A stretch of DNA of 64,000 nt. It comes from the human T2T-CHM13v2.0 reference genome, Homo sapiens. The notes under the pieces are model-generated. The model did no database searches and had not been told where the DNA came from. It worked only from the letters and a program-made list of their open reading frames with translations. A program made the position numbers and the translations under genes. This document shows positions 1-14,729 of the stretch, piece after piece. The stretch lies in NCBI RefSeq assembly GCF_009914755.1, contig NC_060930.1; one strand, written 5' to 3'. Within the stretch, counting starts at the first letter, position 1; each line of letters opens with the position of its first letter.

Positions 1-1229
1 CACACCTAGAAATCCAGCCTAGGGTCAGGCTGTCTTTTAAGTTGCCTGGGAACAACAGGCGCTTTCAGATGGCCCACTCCCCCAGCCTGAGTTTTATTGG
101 CTTTTCTCTCTTTCCTTTTTTCTCCCTGCCTTTCTCCCCAGCCCCCTCTTTCTTTCTTCTAAGAGTGATGTCCTAGGCTGGGTATCTGGGGCCATGGAAG
201 GACTGTGCTCAACTGAATGGGAATGTGGAAGGGGTTGTTTGCTTCTGAGGTCTCTAGAGAACACTTGAGCAGCATAAATGTATGGCATTTAGAACTCTCT
301 GCTGACTCTGAGTCTCCTTGTTTTTTCTATCAGCTCCACCACCCATCTGTTCCTCTCACTTTCATTGAGAGGTAATTGCAGCCAGCAATCTCAGGTGGAC
401 CTGGCAGGACACAGGCTCTGCAAAGCCCACATCCTTACACATCAATGGAAACCACCATGCTTGTTTTCCCTGCTTGTTGATTCATTATCTCAGTTTGGCA
501 TTTCCATGAGACTCATATTGGCAAAGTGCTGTTCAATCTCTAGCATTTCTTATACCCCAGCCTTTCAAACTACATTAAAATGCCAGCATGTGAAGCAGTT
601 GAGACCCAGTGGGGTTAATCTGCTTGATGGAGGACTTGCCTCTCATGGTCAGTTTGACTGAAAGTGCAGCTCCCAGGCCAAGCAGCCGTAGGCACAAGCA
701 GAATAGGCTGTGGCCTCTGCACTGTACTTTGATCAATGTCAAAACCCCTCTTCTCAAAAGTCTCTTCTGCATTCAGATGCGATACTGCCCACAATTCTTT
801 GAGTTTTGCAGGAAGGTGGTGGGTGTTAAGTCCTACTTTCCACCATGGTCACCCTGGCTTATGGTGTCTTGTGTGAGGTGCTGGAGCCTGAATAGGCAAG
901 GATCATCCCCATGGGGGCAGCCACGCCGGGGTGAGGGCAGTGGCAGTGGTGACATGGCAGGGGATGTCAGTGCTGGGCAGGGCAGGATATCTGCATGGGG
1001 GGTACAGGGAACTGGTGCTGGGTGTTGGAGCTCCTGCAGTGTGAGGTCTGTGTCTCAGGGTAGGGGGCAGGGGGAGCACTGGTCCAACAGGAAGTAAAAG
1101 GGCCCAACAAAGTGAGGAGGGCATCTGTGCAGGGGCAGGGGAAGAGCAGTGGCAGACATAGGCAACCATTCATAGGTGGGTTGATCAAATGAGTAAATGC
1201 ATAGAGGGCCAAGGGAGCCAGGTTTCTCA

Positions 1230-1590
1230 GAGAAGGGAGTTACAAATATGGAGAGGGAGAAAACTCAAATGAATTCACTGGTGGTGGGTCAAAACTGGAG
1301 ATATTGGTGTCAATTTATGATTATATGTATATATTTTATAAAGATATAAAAAGACATAGAAATACAGCCATAGGTGTGTGTATGTATGACTATACATAAA
1401 TGTTATCTATGTACATATATTCCTTAGCCCTGCCACTGAGAGGGGCTGGGAGCAGCGACAGCCTCCATGCAATGAGCACATTTTACACCCAGATCTTGGC
1501 TTCTAAATATAATTATTTACTGAAAGGAACCAGGGCTCCTTGGAGAAATGGCTGATTCTAGGCACTAGGGCAGGGGACATACAAGATTAT
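1230..1590 (+). mobile_element. Old L1 (L1MC/L1MD-type) 3' UTR fragment
   Basis: GAAAGGAACCAGGGCTCCTTGGAGAAATGGCTGATTCTAGG motif typical of these 3' UTRs. Confidence 0.6.
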
Positions 1591-1639
1591 GGTAAAGTGT
1601 CCAGTTTTTTGTGTTGGAAGGCTATTAGGCATATTGGAG

Positions 1640-2241
<602 letters not shown>

Positions 2242-3700
2242 TCATCTCGGAGACAAGAGGCGAGGAGACGTGAAGTGGGGTTCCATAGCAACATTCATGC
2301 ATTGGGGAGGGGCTCGAGCCCCAGATCTTGTCTCACCTGCTTCTAGAGGACTTGGCTGAGAGCGCTGCGCTGTTGAATGCACTGGCTCCTTTCTCTTATT
2401 TGTTCTGATGAAAGGACATGCCTGAATTGCCCCCTCTGACATCAATTATCTTTACCCATAATGGTGAAGCATGGTGTCCTTCATCAATAGATGTGTTTAT
2501 TGATAATAGTGATAGCTAGGAGCCACTCTGTTTCACAGAAGAAAGTGAAAACAGAGACAATATTTCTGAAAACAACTCATTCCTGTGTGTTTGTGTTGTT
2601 TTGGTTATGGGTTTGGTATTGGGTAGGTGGTGCTTTAATAAATAAAAATCCATTCTTTGATAAATAAGATCCATCCTTTGATAAATTAAAAACTCCATCT
2701 TTTAAGGATCTTAATTACTAACAACCCAGTTGATTGTGCGGTTGCTTCTGGCGACATAAAAGCCGTTAATAAATGTTCCAAAAGTCCTGACAGCCCCATG
2801 AATGGGTGTGTGAACTTCACACATAGACGGACTGTTGACAATGAGCTGGTGTGTGTGTATGTTGGGTGGGGCAGGGGAGGGCTAGAAATAGTGCCAATTT
2901 GGACCTGGGGCAATCCAGGCTCTGCTGCTGCCTTTGTTACTAAGTATGTAACCTTGGACTAGTCCTGAGTTAATTTCCTCACCTGGAAAAACAAGGGGGT
3001 GGTTTGCAGTATCTGCATGATTTTTTCAAGCTCTAAGTCTTAATGATCAGCACAGGATGGTCTGACTTTACCAATAAGAAAGTGTTTTTAAGAAAACTCC
3101 AAGCCGCATCCTTTCATGTCTTTTATAAAATACTCCAGTTGCTGGGGAAAAATATAACATATACATATGTTGTAACGTATAACATATAACAAATTGCCAT
3201 ATTTACAAATGTTTCTTGCAGTTCAATAAAAGAAATGGACATAGAGTATGAAAAAACAATCCATCAAAAAATACAAGTAACCGTTAACATAAAAGAATGT
3301 CCAACCTCATTAGGAATCAAATAAATGCAAATTAAAACAAGGTATCTTTTATCATCTATCAAATTTGGGAATTTAAGAAACTGAAGATGTTGTAGAAAAA
3401 GAAACATATATATGCTGTGAAAAAAACTTTATATACTGTTGATGTTGGTATTAATATAATTGGCATGGTTATTTTGGATGACAGTTTGTTAATACACATT
3501 TAAATCTTGAAGAACGTTTATACCCTTTGGTCTAGCAATTCCACTTTTAGAAATATGTCCTAGGGGAATAATTAGAGATGTGCACAAAATTTGCATCCAT
3601 ATGAATTCATTACGGTGCTTTGTTTTTAAAAATAGCGGTGAAAAATCAGCAGCAAATGGATATGTCCAAGGCTAGGGGATTATTAAAAATGAATAATGAA

Positions 3701-4000
3701 AGCTGGGCACAGAGGCTCACGCCTGTAATCCCAGCACTGCGGGAGGCCAAGACAGGAGAATCAGTTGAGTCCAAGAGTTTGAGACCATCCTGGGCAACAT
3801 GGGAAAACCCTGTCTCTACAAAAAATACAAAAACAGCTGGCATGGTGGCAAGTGCTCTAGTCCCAGCTACCTGGGAGGCTCACTTAAGCCCAGGAGATAG
3901 AGGCTGCAGTGAGCTGTGATCTCACTGCTGCACTCCAGCCTGGTTGACAGGGTGAGACCCTGTCTCAAAATTATAAATATATAAATAAATAAACAAATAA
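3701..4000 (+). mobile_element. AluJ-type element within an old L1 fragment (~3200-4290)
   Basis: Diverged dimeric Alu with (TAAA)n tail; flanks resemble an L1ME 3' region. Confidence 0.88.
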
Positions 4001-4362
4001 ATCATGAGACCTTCAGTTAGTGATACTGAAGTCATACTTTTAGAGTATATACTGACATGAGTAAATGTTTACAATATGATACTGAGTAAAAAAAGGTAGA
4101 AAGAAAGGATACCAAAAGATTATAAAATGCAATCTCAATTTTAAAAACGAGCGTGTGTAAGACATTGAACAAAGACCAATGGAATATCCTAAATGTTGAA
4201 TCTGGTTAATTTTTAATAGTAGTTGTATGTGTGGATTTTCTGAATTTTCTTCAATGAGCACATACTGCTTTAAAATTAGAAGAAAGGCGATAAACATTTA
4301 AAAGAAAATATCCCCATTTTGTGTTAAGATTAAAGAGGCTATAAAATGAGCCCTGCTGGGAC

Positions 4363-5425
<1,063 letters not shown>

Positions 5426-5565
5426 GGGTAATCATTTTTTTGGTGGCAGAGCTCTTTGAACAGGCAGGTGTGGTTTGATCAGTCCCTGCGGACTGCTTCA
5501 CAGTGGACTACTTCACATGCAGAGACCACATAGTGGCAAAGTCACAACTAGAAATTAAACAAGTC

Positions 5566-5863
5566 TTTTTTTTTTCTTTTTTGAGATGGAGTCTCACTCT
5601 GTTGGCCAGGCTAGAGTGCAGTGGCGCGATCTTGGCTCACTGCATCCTCTGTCTCCGGGGTTCAAGTGGTTCTCCTGCCTCTGCTTCCGAGTATCTGGGA
5701 TTACAAGTACATGCCACCACGCCCGGATAATTTTTGTATTTTTAGTAGAGACAGCGTTTTACCATGTTGGCCAGGCTGGTCTTGAACTCCTGACCTCAGG
5801 TAATTTGCCTGCCTCAGTCTCCCAAAGTGCTGGGATTACAAGTGTGAGCCACTCCACCCAGCC
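5566..5863 (-). mobile_element. AluS
   Basis: Full-length antisense Alu; TSD AAACA(A/C)GTCTT. Confidence 0.95.
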
Positions 5864-6161
5864 TAAACACGTCTTAATAAAAAATATTCCCTACAATATG
5901 GTGACTTTAATTCCTTAAATAGGAAAGGTTAGAGGCAGACTAGATTCAAAAACTTAAGTATAGAGAGGCTGTAAACAGTAAAGTCTTAAAAATAGGATTA
6001 GGCCCCAGAGTGTAATGGAGAGAGCTCCGGGCTAAGATCAGGCACGCTGGGCCACAGGGCTTCTCAAACTGGTTGTGAAGGTTGGCCTGCCTCACAGGCT
6101 CTCCAACAACCACTCACTGTCCTGTAAAGTTGAGGGGTTTGGTAGAACAGTGATTTCCAGA

Positions 6162-6603
6162 CTCCTCCTCCTCCTCCTCCTCCTCCTCCTCCTTCTTCCT
6201 CCTCCTCCCTCCTCCTCCCTCCTCCTGCCTCTTCCTCCTCCTACCTCCTCTTCCTTTTCCCTGCTCCTCCTTCCTCTTCCTCCTCCTTCCTCCTCCTCCC
6301 TCTTCCTCCTCTCTTCCTCCTCCTCCCTCCTCCTGCTTCTTCCTCCTCCCTCTTCCTCCTCCCTCTTCCTCCTCCTCCCTCTTCCTCCTCCCTCCTCCTC
6401 CCTCTTCTTCCTCCTCCCTCTTCCTCCTCCTCCCTCCTCCTTCCTCTTCCTCCTCCTCCCTCTTCCTCCTCCTTCATCCTCCTCCCTCTTCCTCCTCCTC
6501 CCTCTTCCTCCTCCTCCTCGTTCCTTCTCCTTCTCCCTGCTTCTCCTTCCCCTTCTCCCTTCTTCTCCTTCTCCTCCCTTCTCCCTTCTTCTTCTTTCTT
6601 CTT
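6162..6603. repeat. (CCT/CTT)n polypyrimidine low-complexity tract
   Basis: About 440 nt with only about 7 purines on the + strand. Confidence 0.97.
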
Positions 6604-6959
6604 ACTGTCTCAGCTCATGGTCAGAAGTCAAGTGACCTGGATTTCTGCCTGGCCAGCACTGTGATTAAGATCCACATAAGTTTCTGGGCACTACAGCCCT
6701 GCAGGACCCAGGGAGCACCAGACACACTGGAGCAAAGGCAGTTGGTAGGCCCTTGGGCTGTGCAAAACGGTGGCTCTGAGCCTGGCATGTTTTTTAATCC
6801 TTAGGTTTTTCCCTCTAAAAAGGGGGCAATGATGTCATCCTTATCAGCCTCCCAAGCTGATTTCAAGGCTCCAAAGCTAGGATGGAAGGAAAGGTGCTTT
6901 GGCCCCAAGAGCCCCACACTGCGATATTCTCACAGTCTAACTTATTTCTTTCTCCCTAG

Positions 6960-7166
6960 ACATCTCTTTCGTGAGAAGAAAGAGAGGAGGGAAGATGCTC
7001 TGTGATGCTGCCAGTAATGCTGACCAGTCGTGGTGCTGTCACCTCCTTGGCTGTCTTTGCAATCTGTTCCCAACTGAGGTTTCCATTGCAGTGTAACTGA
7101 CCACTCCAGGGGCCACTGAGGGCTGTCAGGATGAGCTATCCCTCCACCCCAGGCTGTCACTGCCAG
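6960..7166 (+). other. MAS1: Probable MAS1 5'-UTR (non-coding) internal exon, 207 nt
   Basis: Branch-point CTAAC (6937-6941), pyrimidine tract TTATTTCTTTCTCCCTAG|, donor CAG|GTAAAC at 7166/7167, all in unique sequence. Consistent with my unverified recollection that MAS1 has upstream non-coding exons. Confidence 0.7.
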
Positions 7167-7217
7167 GTAAACATGCATCCCTGCAAATGCAAGTGCTGTG
7201 TAAGAAAAATGATTGGT

Positions 7218-7845
7218 GGCCGGGTGTGGTGGCTGATGCCTGTAATCCCAGAACTTTGGGAGGCTGAGGCAGGAGGATGGCTTGAGCCCAGGAGTTTGAG
7301 ACCAGCCTAGGCAACATGGTGAGACCCCATCTCTGTAAGAAATAAACAACAACGACAACAAAAATTAGCTGTCATGGTCGTGAGTGCCTGTAGTCCCAGC
7401 TACTCAGGAGGCTGAGGTGGGAGGATCACTTGAGCCCAGGAAGTCAAGGCTGCAGTGAGCTATGACTGCACCACTGCACTCCAGTTTGGGCAACAGAGCA
7501 AGACACTGTTTCAAAACAAAACAAAACAAAAGATAATGAGGCCGGGCGCGGTAGCTCATGCCTGTAATCCCAGCACTTTGGGAGGCCTAGGCGGGTGGAT
7601 CACGAGGTCAGGAGTTCATGACCAGTCTGGCCAAGATGGTGAAACCCCGTCTCTACTAAAAATACAAAAATTAGCTGGGTCTGGTGGCAGGTGCCTGTAT
7701 TCTCATCTACTCGGGAGGCTGAGGCAGGAGAATCGCTTGAACTCGGGTGGGAGAGGTTGCAGTGAGACGAGATCGCGACACTGCAGTCCAGCCTGGGCGA
7801 TAGAATGAGACTCCATGTCAAAAAATAATAATAATAAAAATGAAA
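7218..7845 (+). mobile_element. Two tandem Alus (AluJ 7218-7531, AluS 7540-7845)
   Basis: Two head-to-tail dimeric Alus, each with an A-rich tail. Confidence 0.95.
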
Positions 7846-8682
7846 AATGTTTGGCATGTCTGGGCAGAGAGCCTCTGGTCCTAGAATTGAGTTGACCCAG
7901 AGAGAAGTTACCCTACTGATTCACCCTGCAGTGCAAGTGCCTACCTCGTCTGCATGGCTTTCTGAGATCTCAACTGTGTGGTCTTCTCTCTGCTGTTGGG
8001 GAAGGCTCACTGAGCCAACACTAAATTATTCTGAGCTAGACTGTTTTGTCAGCTAGCAGCAATTACCCTTCTACTCTCCTCACACTTCCCAACCTCAAAT
8101 ATCCCCGTCAGTCATCCACCGACAGAGTTGAAGAATCCACAAAATGACCAAGGAGCTGGGGGAGGAAAGGGCTAGGGTGACGAGCACGTAGGGCCGGCTG
8201 TTGTCAAGGCATTTCTCGCCATCTGCTATTTCACTTCAGAGACCGAAACTCAGTTGGTTGGGTAAGACTGGGAATGTGATTTTTAGCAATGTGTTTGTTT
8301 AAATAGAACCCCGCTATAAAAACAATTTGGAGGATTATGATTCGTTTTTGAATGAGAACTAGTTTTAATGGAATTTTTTATGTGCATTCCAATCATGACT
8401 AAAATCCGCATCATGATCAAAGTCTGCCTGAGTACTGTATGTGCTTCATGAGTTGTGCTCTAACCATTAGAAACCCATGTTTATTCAGTGTGATGCCCTG
8501 CACTGAAAGTGGTGGTTTTCTCTCGTGGGGAAGCAGAGTGTATTCTTAGAACTGTTATAATGGGCTTTATTTCTTGAAACAGTTTGATAAGTATTTATTA
8601 AATGCCTACTGTGTGCAAGTGTTGGAGATTCAGATGCAAAAAGGATAAGGTCCTGGTTTCAAGGAGTTTGCTGTTTAGTGGG

Positions 8683-9076
8683 TGTATTAGGCTGCTCTGA
8701 CTGCCATAACAAAATACTATGGACTGGGTGACTTACACAACAGAAATTTATTTTCTGACAGTTCTGGAGGCCAGAAGTCCAAGATCGAGGCACCGTCAGG
8801 GCTGGTCTGGTGAGGGCTTTCCTCCTGGTTTGCAGAAGGCTGCCTTCTCCCTCTGTCCGTACATGGCTTTTCCTCTGTGCCCTCACAGAGAGAGATCTCT
8901 TATGTCTCTTCCCCTTCTTACAAGGACACCACTTCTATTGGATTAGGGCCCCACTCTTAGGACCTTATTTAGCCATAATTACCTCCCTACAAGGCCCTAT
9001 CACCGAATAGAGTCACATTGAGGATTAGGACTTCAACATATGAATTTTGGAAAGGAACACAATTCCGTCCACAACA
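8683..9076 (-). mobile_element. MLT1A-type MaLR solo LTR
   Basis: TGTATTAGG...CTGCCATAACAAAATAC...GTTCTGGAGGCCAGAAGTCCAAGATC...CCACAACA. Confidence 0.85.
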
Positions 9077-9103
9077 GTCAATAAGATAGAATTTTAACTC
9101 TGA

Positions 9104-9643
9104 GGCCAGGCACAGTGGCTCTCACCTGTAATCCCAGCACTTTGGGAGGCCGAAGCAGGGGGATTGCTTGAGGTCAGGAGTTTGAGACCAGCCTGGCAAC
9201 ACTACAAAAAATTAAAAACAAAATTAGCCAGGTGTGATGGTGCATGCCTGTTGTCCTAGCTGTTCAGGAGGCTGAGAGGGGAGGATTGCTTGGGCCTAGG
9301 CATTTGAAGCTGCAGTGAGCTATGATTGCACCATTGTACTCTAGCCTGGTCAACAGAGTGAGACTATCTCTAAACTTTTTTTTTAATTAAAAAATTTTAA
9401 CTCTGCTCTGTTACAAGGAGAAATGTCTTGGGTATGAACATAGCAAGATCCCATCTCTACAAAAATAAAAATAAAACACAAGCCAGGTGTGGTAGCATGC
9501 ACCTGTAGTCCCAGTGATTTGGGAGACTGAGGCAGGAGTGTCACCTGAGCCCAGGAGTTCAACCTGCAATTAGTTACGACCACACAGCTGCACTCTAGCC
9601 TGGGCAACAGAGCAAGACCCTATCTCTAAAAAAAAAAAAAAAA
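9104..9643 (+). mobile_element. AluJ (9104-9374) plus a partial Alu right arm (~9435-9643)
   Basis: Diverged Alu consensus segments. Confidence 0.9.
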
Positions 9644-10229
9644 TTAATGAAAGAAGATGCAATTTGAAACACCTTTCTCAGATGAATTTTGTGAATTTAT
9701 TTGGAAACTTTTGGGGAAAAGAAGAAAAGTTGAATACAGAAATAGAAACTGGTATTGTGAAAGGAAAGGGTAGGACAGGCCGCTTGGGAGAATGGGTCAG
9801 TAGTAAAAATAGAGCATGCCTTGAATCTAGGATGAGCAAGCAGGGTGACAGAGAAGGGGAGGTGACCTGGGGTAACTGAGAGCTCTCTCCACACAGCAAG
9901 AAGTTGCAGCTGAAGGATGTGGTCCATGAGAGATCCCAGGGCATGGACCAGAGGCAGAAAGAGGATCTTGTCAGTAACCTCAAAAACTCGGATTAGGTCC
10001 TGAATTTACATCTCTGGTCTTTGGTTTAGGTTTGTAATTAAAAGATGAAAGCACTTGGCTTCCTTGCATAAGCGACTTTGGTTTTGCCATGGCTGTCTAC
10101 CTGTGTTGGCCAACATGGCAGCCCCGAGTCACATGAGGCTCCTGAGCATAGGGAACCAGGCTCATCTGAAGCGAGATGCACTGCAAGAGTGAAGTACCCG
10201 CTGCATCTGGGGGACTTAATGCATGCAAA

Positions 10230-10400
10230 AGAACATGAAATACCTCATCCATATTTTTGGTATTGATGACGTGTTGAAATAATATTTTAAACACATTAGG
10301 CTAAATAAAGTATGTTATTAAAATGGATTTTGCTGGTTTCTTTTTACTTTCTTTAACATGGCTATTAGAACTTCACTTGCACAGGTGGCCCACGTTGTGT
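10230..10400. mobile_element. MER3/MER33-like hAT-Charlie fragment
   Basis: TTGAAATAATATTTT...TAAATAAAGTATGTTATTAAAAT...TTTCTGTTGGACGGCGCTG end. Confidence 0.55.
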
Positions 10401-10779
10401 TTCTGTTGGACGGCGCTGGTCCAGGCCCTTGTCACCCCTACCTTTTGTGTACTTTGAATTTTCTTCCCTCTCTCCTCTCTCTCCAACACCAGCAGCAGCA
10501 GGAGCAACAAAACACCAGTCTCTGAAGTGCGTGCCGGCCACTGTATCGCCTCCCACCCTCCTTGCTGTGGTTGGTTCGGACCCCTGGGCTGCTGTCCCAA
10601 ATTCCTTGACGATTTCAGCACCTGGATTACAGCCACGTTTTCCAACAATATTCCTGGTCTCCAACACTATTTCTCAGCGATTTCAGCATCTGTGGATAAT
10701 TCTTCCAGCCCTGTGGCTCCAGGTTCTGCTCTCAGCTCAAATGATCTTATCCTCCACTCTCCCTCAGCCCTTCTTTTCC

Positions 10780-13005
10780 ACAGTCACACTCTGCACTTAA
10801 TACTGATAACCCCAAAACTACACTGCCCCAGGCTCAGTTTTAAGCGTCACGTTCTCCAGCCCCCACCTCCTCCTTCCCCTTCAGTGCCTTTAGTACGGGG
10901 ACTTCAATGATTCCCTGACACCGCTGGGACCTCCGATATGTAGCTCCTATTTCCTGCTCACATCTGTTACCTCCCTCATGCCCTCATTTTTCTCCTAACC
11001 CCACTGGGCTCCAGAGTCCATCATCGTAGCCCTTCCCTTCTATGTGCTTTGCTTCCTTTGACCCCCACTCTGTGTCGTACCCGCCTGGTAAACCCCAGCC
11101 CTGGTTAAATCCACCTCTCCTCTTTCTCCATGTCGGCACCTGGACAGCTGAACTAAGCCGTAGAGAAGCACAGGTGAGGCTGAGTAGTCTCTCCCAGTTT
11201 CCCGAGCACTAAGCTGGGCGGGCTGTAGGTTAGCCTGGCTGGAGATCCTGCACTTTGTGTATGTCCCTAGCCCTCTCTTTCCCTCATGTATTTCACATCG
11301 TGCCCTCTCTCCTTAAACCCTGAACATCTCCTCACTCTTAGCTGATGACCTTGCTCCTTACTTTACTGTAAAAGAGATACTGCACTTTCAGAAGACAGCT
11401 TCTCGCCTTGGGCACTCCCACAACCACATCTACCCACCTCACCGGATCTGCAGCCACACACCCTGCCTTCCCCTTCACCAGGTATAAATTATGCTGTGGC
11501 AAGGCTGTGACTCCTCCCAGCTCTAGACCCCTACTTCCTGACTCCTCAGTTATTTGCTTTCTATCCATGTATAATTCTTATCCATGTATCACTTCTCAAC
11601 CCCACAGCCCCCAAGAGGGTTGTCTACACTCACTGTCTTCACCTGTTCTCCTCCCATTCTGTCTAAACCACTTGCATCAGGCATTCATTTTGTCCAGTCT
11701 ACTGAAAATACTCCTACCAAGGTCAGCAATGGCTCCACTCCCATGGTCAATATCAAGTTCCGGGTCTCAGCCCACTTGAACTTGCAGTAGAATTTAGCCC
11801 AGTTGATTCCACTTTCTTCCCCTTGAACTCGTTCTTACTTGGCCTCCTGGGAGCCCTTCTTCCCCAGTTGTCCTCCTGCCTCTCTGTCAGGTCATCCTCA
11901 GTTTCCTCTCCTTCTTCCTCCTCATCTCCCCAGCCTCTAACTTTGAAATGCCTCAAGGCCCAGTCCTTGAATGTCTTCTCCTTTTTAATGGCCCGTATTT
12001 CACAGATACTCTCATCTTGCCTCACAGATACCCTCGTCTTGCCTCACGGCCTCAAATTCCACCTGTTTGCATACAACACCCACATTTATATACCCAAGCT
12101 ACAACTTTCCTCCGGCTCCTGACACTCCCCTGGACATGGCCTGGCTGCCTCACAGGCTTCTCGAACTCCACAGGCCCTGCTAACCCGCTTCACCTGCACC
12201 TGTCCATTCAGCAAATGGCTAAACACGTATTCTCTCTTTCTACCACAACACGTATCTCTTCCGTCAGTGAATCAAATCGAAGACCTCCCACCAGATAGTA
12301 CTACCTCTGCCACAACCTGATTTATGCTAACATCCTCCCTGTGTCTAGGCCAGTGCCTTCACCTCCCACCTGACCTCCTCCTTCCTGCCATGGCCCCTAG
12401 AGTGTCACCTGAACACAGGGGCCATACCGAGGCTGTTCACGCCTCAGTCCCCCAAGTTAACCACATTCCTCCTCTCAGAACCTCCTGTGGTTTATTATCT
12501 CACTGGGGGTAAAAGCACCAGCCCACAAAGCCCGTTTGGACCTGGTCGCCAAAGACCCCTGCCTTCAGCACCTGACTGTTCTCCTTGCCGGGCCGTTCCT
12601 GCCTTGCTGGCCTTTCTGCGGTTCTTCACTCCTGGCTGCCTCCTGCTTCTGGAACTTCGAACTTGCTGTTTCTTTTGCCTGGAATACTTTTCCCCCAAGA
12701 ACCTGCTGGCCTCGGTCGCCTATTTCCTTCGTGTCTTTGCCCAAGTGTGACCTCATGAGTGAGACGTTTCCCATCACACTATGGACGATGGAACCCCCAG
12801 GTCCCTGCCACTCCTTTCCTTTAATGATGCTTTACTTTTTTCCATAGAACTGTTCACGCACTGACATCAGTTTGATTGTTGTTGCTGTTATTGTATTTTG
12901 CTTGACTGCCTCCCTACTGGGATACAGACTCCACCAGGCCGGCACTTTGTTTTATTTACTGCCATGTCCCAGTGCCTAGCACAGTGCCTGGCATGGGCTA
13001 AATGT
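10780..13005 (+). mobile_element. Long L2 (LINE2) remnant
   Basis: C/T-rich L2 ORF2-like sequence ending in the L2 3' tail CCCAGTGCCTAGCACAGTGCCTGGCA. Confidence 0.8.
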
Positions 13006-13534
13006 GTGGGGGGAGAATTTGGGGAACATGGTGGTCTTACTTGCAAACTTCTAACAAGGCCTGGTCTCTACAGCAGGGCTTTGGTTAGGCATGACAGGGC
13101 ATGCGAGCTCTCATCCTGTGTGGGTTCTTTTCCGGGTCTCTGTCTACTAATTATGAAGTAAAAGGAAGCTCTCCTCCAGTGAAAGTAATTTCCTGCATCC
13201 CATTAGAACAGCTGAGGGAAGTGTCAATGGGATAGGTGTGATTGGGACCACGGAGGCAGTGTCCTCCTGGGTGCCTGGATCACATCGCTGGAAGGAAACA
13301 CCTGTTTCGCCAACCCAAAGGCTACCTGCTGGTCCAGGGTCCAGGCCCGGCTGTACTGAGATCACAGCTCAGGGCCCTGCACATGCTGGGGCTCTGCTGA
13401 CTTGATTCTAGAAATGTCTAATATCACCAGAGCCATTCAAGTGCCACGAAATAACACATTTATGTATTATTCTGCTTCAGGTGAGCTCAGGAGGAAAAGA
13501 CAGATATCTATTCACTAAAAATATTCTTTTGATT

Positions 13535-13844
<310 letters not shown>

Positions 13845-14658
13845 TTATGGACAAAGTTCAGAAAGCAAAGAACAATGTTTTACTACATACACATACACAT
13901 GCATGCACACAAACTAGAAAAAAAAATTTTTTTGAGTGCTTTGTCTGGCATCTGGCGATGGTGTTTCCCGCACCATCTGGCCTGTGGTCTGTGGGGACGT
14001 ACATACGTCTTGTTAGGGCTCTCCATCCAGTCCACACATCAATGGCTTGCCTGGCTTACGTAGTCTGAGCAGGTGCCCAGCTTTGTCGCAGATATTGAAG
14101 CCGTGTAAAATAAATGCCTTTTGATTGTTCACACTTTAAGCAATATTGGTACAATATTAAACCCATTGTCCCAGGCACTCCCTCTCCTTACTGCTTATGG
14201 CACTTCATGTATTAAAAAATGACAGTGGCAGCATTGCCCAGACATGCGTTTTGTCATCAAGTCTTAATGCAGTCCACCTGGTCCCTCAGGCAAATGAATG
14301 GAGGCACAGAAGATGAAATGATTTTCAAAATGCCATTAGGAAAGCTCAGGCCAGAACTGGAAATGGGTCCCGCACAGGGCACTCGGCCACTCTTGCCTGG
14401 CCATCTCCTTTTTGGCACTAAGCCACAAGCACACAATGATATAGAATGAATGGTTATCACTGGGGATCCAGAAGGGTCATTCAATCAGTTCTCAGTCTTA
14501 TCAGGTCTAAGTTCCTTTCTTATCAGGTCCTAAAGGCCTAATCTTATCATTGTGACAAAGATAACTGTAGAGTCTGTTAAACTTTTTTTTAATAACATGA
14601 AGATTATGATTTATAGCTGAATTTCTCCCTTTTATTCCAATTCAACAATTTTCATGGC

Positions 14659-14693
14659 TTTTTGTGTTTGTTTTGTTCTGGACATATTTACAG
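14659..14693 (+). promoter_or_regulatory. 3' splice acceptor of the MAS1 coding exon (exon starts at 14694)
   Basis: T-rich tract TTTTTGTGTTTGTTTTGTTCTG followed by TTTACAG|AAAA, 36 nt upstream of the ATG. Confidence 0.8.
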
Positions 14694-14729
14694 AAAATTA
14701 CCTGAAGAGTTCCAACCTGAGGCCTCCTC

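Noticed and set aside
609-1150. 162-aa ORF and G-rich stretch as a gene or G-quadruplex
   Set aside because: GTG start and no recognisable domain; the G-runs are irregular with long loops, giving only weak G4 potential.
6075-6635. 186-aa Leu/Pro/Ser ORF and the antisense Glu/Gly/Arg ORF
   Set aside because: Artefacts of the (CCT)n tract, which lacks stop codons.
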